From: Occultella glacieicola
Lineage (GTDB): Bacteria > Actinomycetota > Actinomycetes > Actinomycetales > Beutenbergiaceae
Assembly (NCBI RefSeq): GCF_004353825.1
Contig: NZ_SMNA01000008.1
Span: 62,001 to 126,000 of the forward strand
DNA: 64,000 bases
Reading direction: 5' to 3'
Part shown: one piece after another, positions 30,684 through 40,389 of the stretch
Layout of the letters: the number at the start of each line of letters is the position of its first letter
How positions within the stretch are numbered: the first letter of the stretch is position 1
Notes under the pieces: generated by a model
Told to the model about the DNA's origin: nothing
What the model saw: the letters and a program-made list of their open reading frames with translations, nothing else
Databases searched by the model: none
Program-made: the position numbers and the translations under genes

Positions 30684-31661
30684 GTGACACTCGCTTCGGC
30701 CGACGCGGCCACCACCACCCCTGCGGTCTCCACCCTCGCGATCGTCGGCGCCGGTTCGGTGGGGTCCACCCTGGCCTACGCCGCGCTGATCCGGGGCGTG
30801 GCGCGGCGGGTGGTCCTGTACGACCTGAACGGGGCGAAGGTGGGCGCGGAGGCGCTCGACCTCGCCCACGGCATGGCCTTCATGCCGATGGGGGCGGTGG
30901 AGGGTTCGGACGACATCGGGATCTGCGCGGGCGCGGACATGGTGGTGGTGACCGCGGGTGCCAAGCAGCAGCCGGGTCAGACCAGACTCGAGCTCGCCGA
31001 CCGGACCATCACCCTGATGCGCACCCTGGTGCCGCAACTGGTCGCGGTGGCTCCCGACGCGCTGTACCTGATGGTCACGAACCCGGTGGACGTGGTCACC
31101 TATGCCGCACTGAAGATCTCCGGGCTGCCACCACGGCAGATGTTCGGCTCCGGCACCGTGCTGGACACCTCCCGGTTGCGGTACCTACTCAGCGAGCGAT
31201 GCCGGATCGCGGTCCGCAACGTGCACGCCTACATCGTCGGCGAGCACGGCGACTCCGAGTTCGCGCTGTGGAGTGCCGCCAACATCGGCGGGGTACCACT
31301 GCGGGAGTTCGCCGCCGCCACGGGCACCCTGACCGACGCCGACCTGGCCGAGATCGCCGACGAGGTGAAGAACTCCGCCTACCGGATCATCGACGGCAAG
31401 GGCGCGACCAACCATGCCATCGGTCTGGCCGGCGTTCGGATCATCCAGGCGGCGCTGCGTGCGGAGCGGGCGATCCTGCCGGTGTCCAGCCTGCTCGACG
31501 ACTACCTGGGCGTCTCCGACGTGTGCCTGTCCGTGCCGTCCGTCGTGGACCGGGACGGGGTCGGTGAGCGGCTCGAGTTCAACCTCGACTCCTCCGAGCT
31601 CGCCAACCTGCGCGCGAGCGCGGACGAGATCCGCGCCGCAGCCCGGCAGTTCGGCTTCTGA
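30684..31661 (+). CDS. ldh: L-lactate dehydrogenase
   Basis: GAGSVG, GAKQQPGQTRLEL (Gln specificity residue), TNPVD, GEHGDS. Confidence 0.92.
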   Translation: MTLASADAATTTPAVSTLAIVGAGSVGSTLAYAALIRGVARRVVLYDLNGAKVGAEALDLAHGMAFMPMGAVEGSDDIGICAGADMVVVTAGAKQQPGQTRLELADRTITLMRTLVPQLVAVAPDALYLMVTNPVDVVTYAALKISGLPPRQMFGSGTVLDTSRLRYLLSERCRIAVRNVHAYIVGEHGDSEFALWSAANIGGVPLREFAAATGTLTDADLAEIADEVKNSAYRIIDGKGATNHAIGLAGVRIIQAALRAERAILPVSSLLDDYLGVSDVCLSVPSVVDRDGVGERLEFNLDSSELANLRASADEIRAAARQFGF

Positions 31662-31691
31662 GCTCCCGCCCGTCGTGGCCGGGACCGAACC

Positions 31692-32408
31692 TCAGACCGA
31701 GCGGAGCACGCTCACGACCCGGCCCAGGATCTGTGACTCGTTGCCGTCGATCGGTTCGAACGCCGGGTTCGCGGGGAGCAGCCACACCTGGCCGGCGCTG
31801 CGCTTGAGGGTCTTCACGGTGGCCTCGCCATCGATCATGGCGGCCACGATCTCACCGTTCTCTGCCACCGACTGCTGGCGCACGACCACCCAGTCGCCGT
31901 CGCAGATCGCGGCCTCGATCATGGACTCACCGACGACCTTGAGCAGGAACAGGTCGCCCTCGCCGACCAGCTGGCGGGGGAGCGGGAACACGTCCTCGAC
32001 CGACTGCTCGGCCAGGATCGGTCCGCCGGCCGCAATCCGGCCGACCACGGGCACATAGGCGGCGCCGGGGTCGATCGCCTGGTCGTCCCGGGACTGGAAG
32101 ATGTTCGCATCACCGTGGACCTGCTGGACCGGCTGGACCGCGTCCGGGGCGATGACCTCGATCGCCCGGGTGGAGATCGGGTCGCGGCGCAGGTAGCCCT
32201 TCTGCTCGAGCAGGTTCAACTGATACTTGACCGAGGACGGGCTCGCCAGGCCCACGGCGGCGCCGATCTCCCGCATGGTGGGCGGGTAGCCCTTGGCCTC
32301 GATGCTCGAACGGATGGAGTCCATGATCTGCCGCTGACGCGCACTGAGGCCGTCGGGGCCCGGGGTGTCCTTGGGGTCGGGGGACTTGGAGCGGCTCGAG
32401 CGGGTCAC
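31692..32408 (-). CDS. lexA: SOS repressor LexA (start 32408 after GGAGG, or 32450)
   Basis: [10 protein letters not shown], cleavage site IAAG, catalytic GESM and TVKT. Confidence 0.97.
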   Translation of the reverse strand: MTRSSRSKSPDPKDTPGPDGLSARQRQIMDSIRSSIEAKGYPPTMREIGAAVGLASPSSVKYQLNLLEQKGYLRRDPISTRAIEVIAPDAVQPVQQVHGDANIFQSRDDQAIDPGAAYVPVVGRIAAGGPILAEQSVEDVFPLPRQLVGEGDLFLLKVVGESMIEAAICDGDWVVVRQQSVAENGEIVAAMIDGEATVKTLKRSAGQVWLLPANPAFEPIDGNESQILGRVVSVLRSV

Positions 32409-32515
32409 GGTCTCCTCCAGAGTGGTCGGTTCTGCCTGAGTTTCCGCCATTGTCAGAGGGCGGTGATGTGCTGCTTGCGTGTTCAGGACAACAGTAGGCG
32501 CGATCGGCGGATCTG

Positions 32516-32599
32516 CAAAACATGTGTTCGACTGGCGTGTCGACACCCGGACCCCCGCGTGCTACCTTCAGTACAGCCGTTCGACGAACAGTAGTTCTA
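32516..32599. promoter_or_regulatory. Three imperfect LexA boxes in the lexA / LysM-gene divergent region
   Basis: CAAAAC-ATGT-GTTCGA (32516-32531), CAGTAC-AGCC-GTTCGA (32569-32584), ACGAAC-AGTA-GTTCTA (32584-32599). Confidence 0.7.
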
Positions 32600-32624
32600 T
32601 CCGGACCGACCGAGGAGCCTCCCG

Positions 32625-33320
32625 ATGAGTGCACTGGCCTTCCCCCACGCCGAGCCGCACACGAGCGTCCACGCGGGGACGCGGCGCGCTCGCGGCGCTC
32701 GCCGCCGCCACCTCTCGGCGGTTCCGGGCCGTGGTCACGGCTCCGGCACGGTCAGGGTCGTCGGTTCTCACGCAACCGACGGATCGTCGGCCGTCGCCCT
32801 GGTGGCCTCGCCGGTGCCGACGCCGGGCTCGTTCGTTCCGGCGCCGGGCCGCCGACTCGAGCCGGTCGCTCCAGGGGTCACGCTCGCACCGGCCCTGGCG
32901 CCGGTCCCGCCCCGCTCGCCGGGGCGGGAGGACGTCCCGTCGCGTTCGGTCCGTCGGCCGGTGCGTCGGTCGGACGGCGCACTGCGGGAAACCGCAGAGG
33001 CGGCCGTCGTCGGACCGGCCGCGGTCGGAACGCCGATGCGGCTGACGGTGCGCGGCCGACGCGTGCTCGTGGCGCTCGGCCTGGTGGTCGCCGCCGTCCT
33101 GGGATCGCTGCTCGGCCTGGCGTTCCCGTCTGCGCCGGCCGCTCCGGAGGAGGTCGCCTCGGTCGTCGTCGCGCCGGGGGAGAGCCTGTGGGCGATCGCC
33201 GCCGAGCACGCGGAGCCTGGTGCGGACGTGCGCACACTGATCGACCAGATCGTCGAGCTGAACTCGCTGGAGAGCTCCACGGTCGTGGCCGGCCAGCGGC
33301 TCGACATCCCGGTGGGCTGA
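32625..33320 (+). CDS. Membrane-anchored LysM protein, ChiZ/DivS/YneA-like SOS division inhibitor
   Basis: MRLTVRGR, TM helix, LysM VVAPGESLWAIA...GQRLDIP; lies between lexA and nrdR. Confidence 0.8.
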   Translation: MSALAFPHAEPHTSVHAGTRRARGARRRHLSAVPGRGHGSGTVRVVGSHATDGSSAVALVASPVPTPGSFVPAPGRRLEPVAPGVTLAPALAPVPPRSPGREDVPSRSVRRPVRRSDGALRETAEAAVVGPAAVGTPMRLTVRGRRVLVALGLVVAAVLGSLLGLAFPSAPAAPEEVASVVVAPGESLWAIAAEHAEPGADVRTLIDQIVELNSLESSTVVAGQRLDIPVG

Positions 33321-33403
33321 CGCCGCATTCCCGCAGCGTGGCACCGGCGTACGACCGGTCCGCCACGCCGGTGACAGTGATCTGCCGGAGTCGTGGAAGT
33401 CGC

Positions 33404-33481
33404 TTGCATCTGACGCTGCCAGCGCCTAACGTTTCCCTACATCTAGTAGTTACACCGTTGTGATCCGCGTACATGTAGTGC
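33404..33481 (+). promoter_or_regulatory. nrdR promoter with tandem NrdR boxes
   Basis: TTGCAT-N17-TAACGT; cores CTACATCTAG (33437-33446) and GTACATGTAG (33469-33478), 32 bp apart. Confidence 0.75.
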
Positions 33482-33518
33482 GCGGGAGCGGCGAACACGA
33501 TGTCGGGAGGACCCGTCG

Positions 33519-33992
33519 GTGCACTGCCCGTTCTGTCGGCATGCTGATTCCCGCGTCGTGGACTCCCGGACGGCGGAGGACGGGTCCGCGATCCGGCGCC
33601 GTCGCCAGTGCCCGAACTGCGGCCGACGGTTCACGACGGTGGAGACCACGAGCCTGAACGTGATGAAGCGGTCGGGCGCCGTCGAGCCGTTCAGTCGCGA
33701 CAAGATCATCTCCGGTGTCCGCAAGGCGTGCCAGGGACGACCGGTCTCCGACGACGATCTGGCGCTGCTGGCGCAGCAGGTCGAGGAGACCATCCGCAGC
33801 AACGGCGTGGCCGAGATCGACGCCCACGAGGTGGGCCTGACGATCCTCGGCCCGCTGCGGGCGCTCGACGAGGTCGCCTACCTCCGGTTCGCGAGCGTCT
33901 ACCAGGCCTTCTCCTCACTGGAGGACTTCGAGTCCGCGATCGCGGCGCTGCGCGTGGACCGCCCCGAGCAGAGCGAGGACTCGCTCCCGTAG
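33519..33992 (+). CDS. nrdR: Transcriptional repressor NrdR
   Basis: HCPFC...DSR...[10 protein letters not shown]...RFTT zinc ribbon; ATP cone; [10 protein letters not shown]. Confidence 0.98.
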   Translation: MHCPFCRHADSRVVDSRTAEDGSAIRRRRQCPNCGRRFTTVETTSLNVMKRSGAVEPFSRDKIISGVRKACQGRPVSDDDLALLAQQVEETIRSNGVAEIDAHEVGLTILGPLRALDEVAYLRFASVYQAFSSLEDFESAIAALRVDRPEQSEDSLP

Positions 33993-34050
33993 ACGGCCGC
34001 CGGTGGCGCTGGAGGGGAAGCCAGCACCACCGGCGGCGACCAGCGGCCGG

Positions 34051-35105
34051 TCACAGGTCGCTCGAGCGGGCTCCCCACAGGTTGACGCCGCCGTCGTGGG
34101 CTAACTGCTCGATCTCGGCGAGTTCGGCGTCGCTGAGCGCCGGCGCCTCGAGGGCGGCGAGCGTGTCGTCCAGCTGGGCCACGCTCGAGGCACCCACGAG
34201 CGCGGTGGTGACCCGTGGGTCGCGCAGCACCCAGGCGATCGCGAGCTGAGCCAGCGACTGCCCGCGCCGCCGGGCGATCGAGTTCAACGCCCGGATCCTC
34301 CCGAGGTTCTCGGCATTGAGGTACTCCGCCTTCAGTGAGCCGCCACGCGCGCCCCGCGAGTCCGCGGGGACGCCGTCGAGATAGCGGTCGGTGAGCATGC
34401 CCTGCGCGAGGGGTGAGAAGACCACCAGACCCAGCCCGGCTGCCCCGGCGACGTCCAGGAGCGACTCGCCCCCGGGACCCGGCTGTTCGACCCAACGGTT
34501 GATCATCGAGTACGAGGGCTGGTGGACTGTCAGTCGCAGCCCGATCCGGTCGGCCACGGCCAGCGCTTCCCGGGTTCGCACGGCCGAGTAGGAGGAGATG
34601 CCGACGTACCGGGCCCGGCCCGAGTCGAGCGCCGTCTTGAGTGCACCGAGCGTCTCCGTCAGGGGGTGCTCGGGTCGAACCGGTGGCTGTAGAAGATGTC
34701 GACGTGGTCCAGGTCGAGTCGCCGAAGCGACGCGTCCAGCGAGGACAGCAGGTACTTGCGGGACCCGCCCTCACCGTACGGGCCGGGCCCGGCCCGGTAG
34801 CCGGCCTTCGTGGTGATCACGAGCTCGTCGCGAAGGGCGGCGAGGTCGGCGCGCAGCATGGTGCCGAGGTTCTCTTCGGCCGCGCCCACCGGCGGCCCGT
34901 AGTTGTTCGCCAGGTCGAGGTGGGTGATGCCGCGGTCGAAGGCGTGGTGGACGATCTCGCGCTGCCGCTCGAGCGGGGTGCCGAGGCCGAAGTTCTGCCA
35001 CAGCCCGAGCGAGATCGTCGGCAGGTCCAGACCGGAGCGGCCGCACCGACGCATCGGCATCCGGTCGTAGCGATCCTGCGCCGGGAAGGGTGGAGCGGCG
35101 GTCAT
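34051..35105 (-). pseudogene. Aldo-keto reductase (YghZ/MgrA-like) interrupted by a 1-nt deletion frameshift, or a sequencing error
   Basis: SLGLWQNFG, DLANNYGPP...HRFDPSTP* continues in another frame as LTETLGALKTALDSGRARYVGISSY...HQPSYSM; break at G5 run 34662-34666. Confidence 0.8.
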
Positions 35106-35154
35106 GACCACCGAGAGTAGTGGGCCCGCCGAGGCGGAGCCGTACCGTGAGCCC

Positions 35155-35748
35155 ATGCTGATCGTGATGTCCGGACCCCCGGGATCCGGCAAGTCCCACC
35201 TGGCCGGCCGGATCGCGCGCGCCCTCACCGTTCCCGTGCTGTCCGTCGACCCGGTCGAGGCGGCCATGTGGCGCGCCGGGGTCGGCGGTCCCGACGAGCC
35301 GACGCCCACAGGCCTGGCGGCCTATGTGGTGGTGGAGGCGCTCGCCGAGGAGATCCTGAGCCTCGGTCAGAGCGTTCTTGTCGACGCCGTCAACGCCGTG
35401 GAACCCGCCCGGGAGCAGTGGCGGGCGCTCGCGCGCCGCGCCGGCGTCGAGATGCGCGTGGTCGAGGTGGTCTGCTCGGATCCGGTCCTGCACCGGTCCC
35501 GGCTCGAGGGACGACGGCGCAACCTGGCCGGGTTCCGTGAGCCCACCTGGGGAGTCGTGTCGGGGGCCGCCGCGGTCCCGCCATGGACGGGACCGCATCT
35601 GCGGGTGGACACCGCGGACCCGGCGGACCCGATGCCCGCCGTGCTCGCCCACCTCGGCCGGCCGGCGCCTGACCCGGCCAACCCGGCCAACCCGGCCGAC
35701 CCGGCCAGCCCGGCCGACCCGGCCGGCCCGGGTGCGTCCCGGGCCTGA
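35155..35748 (+). CDS. AAA_33-like P-loop kinase
   Basis: MLIVMSGPPGSGKS, SVLVDAVN, VVCSDPVLHRSRLEGR. Confidence 0.8.
   Translation: MLIVMSGPPGSGKSHLAGRIARALTVPVLSVDPVEAAMWRAGVGGPDEPTPTGLAAYVVVEALAEEILSLGQSVLVDAVNAVEPAREQWRALARRAGVEMRVVEVVCSDPVLHRSRLEGRRRNLAGFREPTWGVVSGAAAVPPWTGPHLRVDTADPADPMPAVLAHLGRPAPDPANPANPADPASPADPAGPGASRA
35671..35730 (+). repeat. 9-bp tandem repeat in the kinase C-terminus
   Basis: (G/A)(A/G)CCCGGCC repeated 6-7 times, encoding DPANPANPADPASPADPAGP. Confidence 0.8.
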
Positions 35749-35772
35749 CCGCGCCCCCGCCGACATGCGGCC

Positions 35773-36339
35773 TCAGCTCGTCGGGAGGTCCATCAGGTAC
35801 TGCCGGCACACGTGGATCCGCCGGTACTGCCGACGCATCGCCTCCTCGTGCTCGATCCTGGCGTGCGTGAACGCGAACAGCGGCGTGCTCAGCGGTTCCG
35901 GCGCCGCGAAACCCGCCAGTTCGCCGTCGTCCTCCCGGTCATCGGCGTACACGTGCAGATACCGGTGGTTCTCCCGGAACCCCCGAGCCAGGTACCAGGC
36001 ATTTGCGGCCTCGTCCCCGCGGGTCCAGGCATCCAGCGTGCGCGCCCCGGTCAGCCGCGGCAGCGCCGCGGCCAGAAGCCTGCTCGCGATACCGGAACGG
36101 GCGTGATCGGGGTGCACCGCGACCGACTCGATCGTCGAGGAGACCCCGTCGATGGCGACGTCGAGAAGGCCGACGACCGTTCCGCCGTCGTCCGCCACCA
36201 GCTGGACCGACGGCAGGTCGTACGTCGGACGCCGGGTGTACACGTCGTCGTAGTACTCGGTCGTGAAGAAGCTCAGCAAGCGGCAGCGCAGCCAGCTCGC
36301 GGCATCGTCCGGTCCGTAGTCGCGGATCTTCGGTGGCAT
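35773..36339 (-). CDS. GNAT N-acetyltransferase
   Basis: SWLRCRLLSF, VAVHPDHARSGIAS, ANAWYLARGF. Confidence 0.85.
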   Translation of the reverse strand: MPPKIRDYGPDDAASWLRCRLLSFFTTEYYDDVYTRRPTYDLPSVQLVADDGGTVVGLLDVAIDGVSSTIESVAVHPDHARSGIASRLLAAALPRLTGARTLDAWTRGDEAANAWYLARGFRENHRYLHVYADDREDDGELAGFAAPEPLSTPLFAFTHARIEHEEAMRRQYRRIHVCRQYLMDLPTS

Positions 36340-36463
36340 GTCCCCAGCCTGGCGACCCCATCGGGCCGAGGCAATCGAATAAGGGTGGCGCCGGCCCGCC
36401 CGCCACGGCAGGGTAGGGGGACGCCGGAGAACCCGGCGCACGAACGAACGAAGAGGTGTGACG

Positions 36464-36658
36464 ATGCCCGATCCCACTGATGCCGGCCCCGACGAGGCGG
36501 CCATCGCCGACTCGAAGGCGAAGATGCGTGAGGCCCTCGAGCGCAAGCGCGACAAGGAGCACATGACCGCCGAGGGGCGCCGCAACACCGGGAGCGTGCA
36601 CGGCTCCGAGGTGACCGGCGCCGAGGGCAAGCGCGTGTTCCGGCGCAAGTCCGGCTGA
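36464..36658 (+). CDS. Small DUF5302-like protein
   Basis: KAKMREALERK...KRVFRRKSG; RBS GAGGTG. Confidence 0.7.
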   Translation: MPDPTDAGPDEAAIADSKAKMREALERKRDKEHMTAEGRRNTGSVHGSEVTGAEGKRVFRRKSG

Positions 36659-36667
36659 ACGAACTGA

Positions 36668-36715
36668 GACGGCGGGCCGGGCGATGGGGATGTCCCCGGC
36701 GCCCGGCCCGCCGTC
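36668..36715. terminator. Hairpin between convergent genes
   Basis: GACGGCGGGCCGGGCG...CGCCCGGCCCGCCGTC. Confidence 0.7.
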
Positions 36716-36734
36716 GTCGTGCCTGCGCCGGGCC

Positions 36735-37952
36735 TCAGTCCTCGGCGTCGGGGTGCAGCGCGCGTACCCGGATCGTCGGCTCCATCTCCAGCAGTTCGGC
36801 GAACTCCGAGGCGGGCAGGTCGGTGGACAGGTCGGTCACCACGTAGCCGACGTCGCCGGACGTGCTGAGCACCTGGCTCTCGATGTTCGCGCCGCCCGCG
36901 GCCAGGGTCCGGTTGACCGCGGCGAGGACACCGGGCTCGTTGCGGTGCAGGTGGGCGATCCGGTGCGCACCGTCCCGCGGGCGGTCCAGGATCAGGGCGG
37001 GCACGTTCACGCTCAGCGCGGTGGCGCCGGTCTCGAGGTAGTCACGCAGCTTCCCGGCCACGAACATGCCGATGTCCTGCTGCGCCTCCTCGGTGGAGCC
37101 GCCCACGTGCGGGGTGAGGATCACGTTCGGCAGGTCGCGCAGCTCGGATTCGAACGCGTCGCCCTGGGCCTTGGGCTCCTCGGCGAACACGTCCACGGCG
37201 GCTCCGACGATGCGTCCGGAGACGATCTGGTCGCGCAGGTGGGCGTAGTCCACGAGGAACCCGCGGGAGAGGTTGAGGAAGATCGACCCCTCCTTCATCC
37301 GGGCGAACTGCGCCGGACCGAACATCCCCGCGTTCCCGGGCCGCCCGTCGACGTGCAGGGTGACCACGTCGGCCACGTCCAGCAGTTCGTCGAGGCTGCG
37401 CATCCGCTGCGCGTTGCCGAGCGCCAGCTTCTCCGCGGTGTCGTAGAACACCACCCGCATCCCGAGGGCCTCCGCGAGCACCGAGAGCTGGGTGCCGATG
37501 TTCCCGTACCCGACGATGCCGAGCGTCCGTCCGCGTACCTCGTGCGCGCCGGTGGCCGACTTGTCCCAGGTCCCGGCGTGCAGCGCCTTGTCCTTCTCGG
37601 TGAGCCGCCGGGTCAGCGCGATGATCTCGGCCAGGGCCAGCTCCACGACGGAGCGGGTGTTCGAGAAGGGCGCGTTGAACGCCGCCACGCCCCGGGCGGC
37701 GGCGGACCGCAGGTCGATCTGGTTCGTCCCGATGCAGAATGCCCCGACGGCGAGCAGGTCGGGTGCGTTCTGGAGCACCCGGGCCGTGAGGTTCGTCTTC
37801 GACCGGATGCCGAGGACGTCGACGCCACGCAGGGCCTCGATCAGCTCGTCCTCGTCGAGTGCACCGTTCGCGGTGACCACCTCGACGCCGGCGTGCTCGA
37901 GCAGTTCCCTGCCGAGCGGATGGATGTTTTCCAGGAGGAGTGCCTTGACCAC
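36735..37952 (-). CDS. serA: D-3-phosphoglycerate dehydrogenase (short, ACT-domain type)
   Basis: GIRSKT, FCIGTNQ, NAPFSNTRSV, GYGNIG, TPHVGGSTEEAQ, C-terminal ACT HRNEPG. Confidence 0.95.
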   Translation of the reverse strand: MVKALLLENIHPLGRELLEHAGVEVVTANGALDEDELIEALRGVDVLGIRSKTNLTARVLQNAPDLLAVGAFCIGTNQIDLRSAAARGVAAFNAPFSNTRSVVELALAEIIALTRRLTEKDKALHAGTWDKSATGAHEVRGRTLGIVGYGNIGTQLSVLAEALGMRVVFYDTAEKLALGNAQRMRSLDELLDVADVVTLHVDGRPGNAGMFGPAQFARMKEGSIFLNLSRGFLVDYAHLRDQIVSGRIVGAAVDVFAEEPKAQGDAFESELRDLPNVILTPHVGGSTEEAQQDIGMFVAGKLRDYLETGATALSVNVPALILDRPRDGAHRIAHLHRNEPGVLAAVNRTLAAGGANIESQVLSTSGDVGYVVTDLSTDLPASEFAELLEMEPTIRVRALHPDAED

Positions 37953-37998
37953 GCCCCTATCGTCCACCTGCGCGGCCCGGGAACAAAAACGCGCCCAG

Positions 37999-40212
37999 TC
38001 AGTGGACGTCGGTGAGGCCCTCCGGCAGCGCGGCGTGGTGCACCACGTGCAGGCGCCGGGTCGGCCTGGTCATCGCCACGTACAGGTCTCCGGCCCGGTC
38101 CGACTCGGGCATCAGCTCGGACGGCTCGGCGAGCACCACCACGTCGAACTCGAGGCCCTTGCTGCCGGCGGGATCGAGCAGCACCACCTCCTCGGTGAGA
38201 TCGACCGCGGCCGGCACCCCGAGCTCCTCGAGCAGCCCCGCATGACGGTGCCGGGCCGCGACCACGGCGAGACGGCCGCCGTCGAGCATCTCCCGCTCGG
38301 CCTCCACGGCCACGCGGATGCCCTTCGTCAGATCCTCGACCCGGGTGATCGCGAGCGCGTCCGGCAGATCCCGAGCGGAGGTCACCGGCGTGGGTGGGTG
38401 CTCGGGGTCGGCGGCGATCGCGACCCGGCGGGCGGCGTCCATGATGGCCGACGGCGTCCGGTAGTTCACGGTCAGCGTCGCCAACCGCCACCTGCTCCGC
38501 AACGGGCCGTCCAGGGTGGCGCCCCAGTCCGAGGTGCCGGCCCGGGTCGACGTCTGCGAGACGTCTCCGACGATGGTCATCGACCGGGTCGGGTTGCGGC
38601 GCAGCAACGCCCGCCAGGCCATCGCGGACAGTTCCTGCGCCTCGTCGACGACCACGTGGCCGTACGTCCAGCTGCGGTCCGCGTAGGCCCGCTCGGCCGT
38701 GGTCTGCCGGGGCCCGGTCGCGGCGAACCGTTCCGCGAGGACCTCCGCGGAGACCATGCCGCCGCCGGCGCCGCTGGCCTCGAGGACCTCCCGGGCGTAC
38801 TCGACCTCCTGGGCCCGGCGGGCCTCGGCCTCGCGGGCGCGGGCCCGGTCGGCCTCCTGGTCGGCGCCGATGAGCTCGGCGGCCTCGTCGATCAGCGGGA
38901 CGTCCGCCGGTGTCCAGTCCTCCCCGGTCCGCTCGAGCAGTTCCCGCTCGGCCGCGGTCAGCATCGGGGCCACCTCCGCGAGCCGGTGCGGCTTCGCGTA
39001 GAGGTCGGCGAGCAGGCCGGTCGCGGACAGGGGCATCCAGGACAGGTTCAGCGCGACCCGGACGTCCCGGGCGGACCGGATCTCCTCGAGCACGTCCGCG
39101 TGGTCGTCCTCACCGAGCCCCGGCACCTTCTCGGCGTACTGGCGCGACAGGGCGGTCAGCATCTGGCGCACGAACGTGACCCGGGCGAGGTTGTGCGGCT
39201 GGCGTCCGCGCCGCGCCCTGGCCTGAGCCTCGCGGACCTCGGCCGGGCGCAGGGTCAGCCGCACCGACCCCACCTTCAGGTCCTGCTCGGGCAGCACCCG
39301 CTGCCGGGACCGCACGGCGGAGGCGATGATCCGCTGCCAGACCCCGCGGCCCTTGATCTCGGCGACCCGGTCCGGTTCGGTGCCGCGGGCGCTGATCCCG
39401 GGGACGAGGTCCGCCATCGTCGAGGCGACCACGCCGGTCTCGCCGAGCGAGGGCAGCACCTGCTCGATGTAGCGCAGGAACACGCGGCTCGGGCCGATCA
39501 TGAGGACGCCGGACCGCTCGAGGCGCTCGCGGTGGGCGTAGAGCAGGTAGGCGGCGCGGTGCAGGGCCACGGCCGTCTTGCCGGTGCCGGGCCCGCCCTG
39601 GACCACGAGCACGCCGTCGAGGTCGGAACGGATCACCGCGTCCTGCTCGGCCTGGATGGTGGCCACGATGTCGCCCATCCGGCCGGTGCGCTGCGCATTC
39701 AGGGCGGCCAGGAGGGCGCCCTCGCCGGACAGGTTCACCTCGTTCTCGCCGGTGAGCGCGTCCAGGTCGAGGACGTCGTCCTCGACCCCGATCACCGTGC
39801 GGGCCCGGGTCTGAAGGTGCCGACGCAGGACGAGGTCGCCCGGGGCGGCTGCGGTCGCCTGATAGAAGGACCGGGCCGCCGGCGCCCGCCAGTCCGTGAG
39901 CATCGGGGCGTGCTCGTCGTCCGAGAGGCCGATCCGGCCCACGTACCGGCGACCGCCGTCGCGCAGGTCCATCCGCCCGAACACGAGCCGGTCCTCGACG
40001 GCGTCGAGCTGGGCCAGACGGTCCTCGTACAGGGTGGCGAACGCGTCGCGTTCGGAGCGGTTCTGCGGCGACCCGGAGGGTCCCTCCCGGCGCACCTGCG
40101 CCAGCCGGCGGGTGGTCTGCTCGCGCAGTTCGTCGAGTCGGGCGTAGACGTCGTCCAGGTAGGTCTGCTCGGCGAACGGCACGGTGTTCTTGGTGGGTTC
40201 GGTCGCGGTCAC
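37999..40212 (-). CDS. helD: HelD-family RNA-polymerase-associated SF1 helicase-like ATPase
   Basis: LVFGRMD, YVGRIG, DWRAPAA, MGDIVATIQAEQD, GGPGTGKT, VVDEAQE, KGLEFD, LYVAMTRP. Confidence 0.88.
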   Translation of the reverse strand: MTATEPTKNTVPFAEQTYLDDVYARLDELREQTTRRLAQVRREGPSGSPQNRSERDAFATLYEDRLAQLDAVEDRLVFGRMDLRDGGRRYVGRIGLSDDEHAPMLTDWRAPAARSFYQATAAAPGDLVLRRHLQTRARTVIGVEDDVLDLDALTGENEVNLSGEGALLAALNAQRTGRMGDIVATIQAEQDAVIRSDLDGVLVVQGGPGTGKTAVALHRAAYLLYAHRERLERSGVLMIGPSRVFLRYIEQVLPSLGETGVVASTMADLVPGISARGTEPDRVAEIKGRGVWQRIIASAVRSRQRVLPEQDLKVGSVRLTLRPAEVREAQARARRGRQPHNLARVTFVRQMLTALSRQYAEKVPGLGEDDHADVLEEIRSARDVRVALNLSWMPLSATGLLADLYAKPHRLAEVAPMLTAAERELLERTGEDWTPADVPLIDEAAELIGADQEADRARAREAEARRAQEVEYAREVLEASGAGGGMVSAEVLAERFAATGPRQTTAERAYADRSWTYGHVVVDEAQELSAMAWRALLRRNPTRSMTIVGDVSQTSTRAGTSDWGATLDGPLRSRWRLATLTVNYRTPSAIMDAARRVAIAADPEHPPTPVTSARDLPDALAITRVEDLTKGIRVAVEAEREMLDGGRLAVVAARHRHAGLLEELGVPAAVDLTEEVVLLDPAGSKGLEFDVVVLAEPSELMPESDRAGDLYVAMTRPTRRLHVVHHAALPEGLTDVH

Positions 40213-40389
40213 GGTGTGATCGGATCTCCCTGCAGTGCTCGGCGGCAGTCGGTTCCCGCGTGTTCGAGGGCCGTCCATTATCCCCCCTTCGGGCGTGTTC
40301 CGTGCCGGGACGTCCACGGTCCGGTCGGCTGCGACGATGGGGAATGCGACCGGTGGGTGTCGTGTTGGATGGGTGGAGAGGTGAGTGAC

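Noticed and set aside
32451..32472. PafBC-like motif TGTCAG-N10-TGTGCT near lexA
   Set aside because: The -10 lacks the conserved TA
33491..33506. LexA-like GCGAACACGATGTCGG before nrdR
   Set aside because: Right half-site too degenerate
40213..40389. HelR rifamycin-resistance gene or SOS box upstream of the helicase
   Set aside because: No rifamycin-associated-element palindrome is visible and only a LexA half-site (GTGTTCGA) is present; treated as housekeeping HelD
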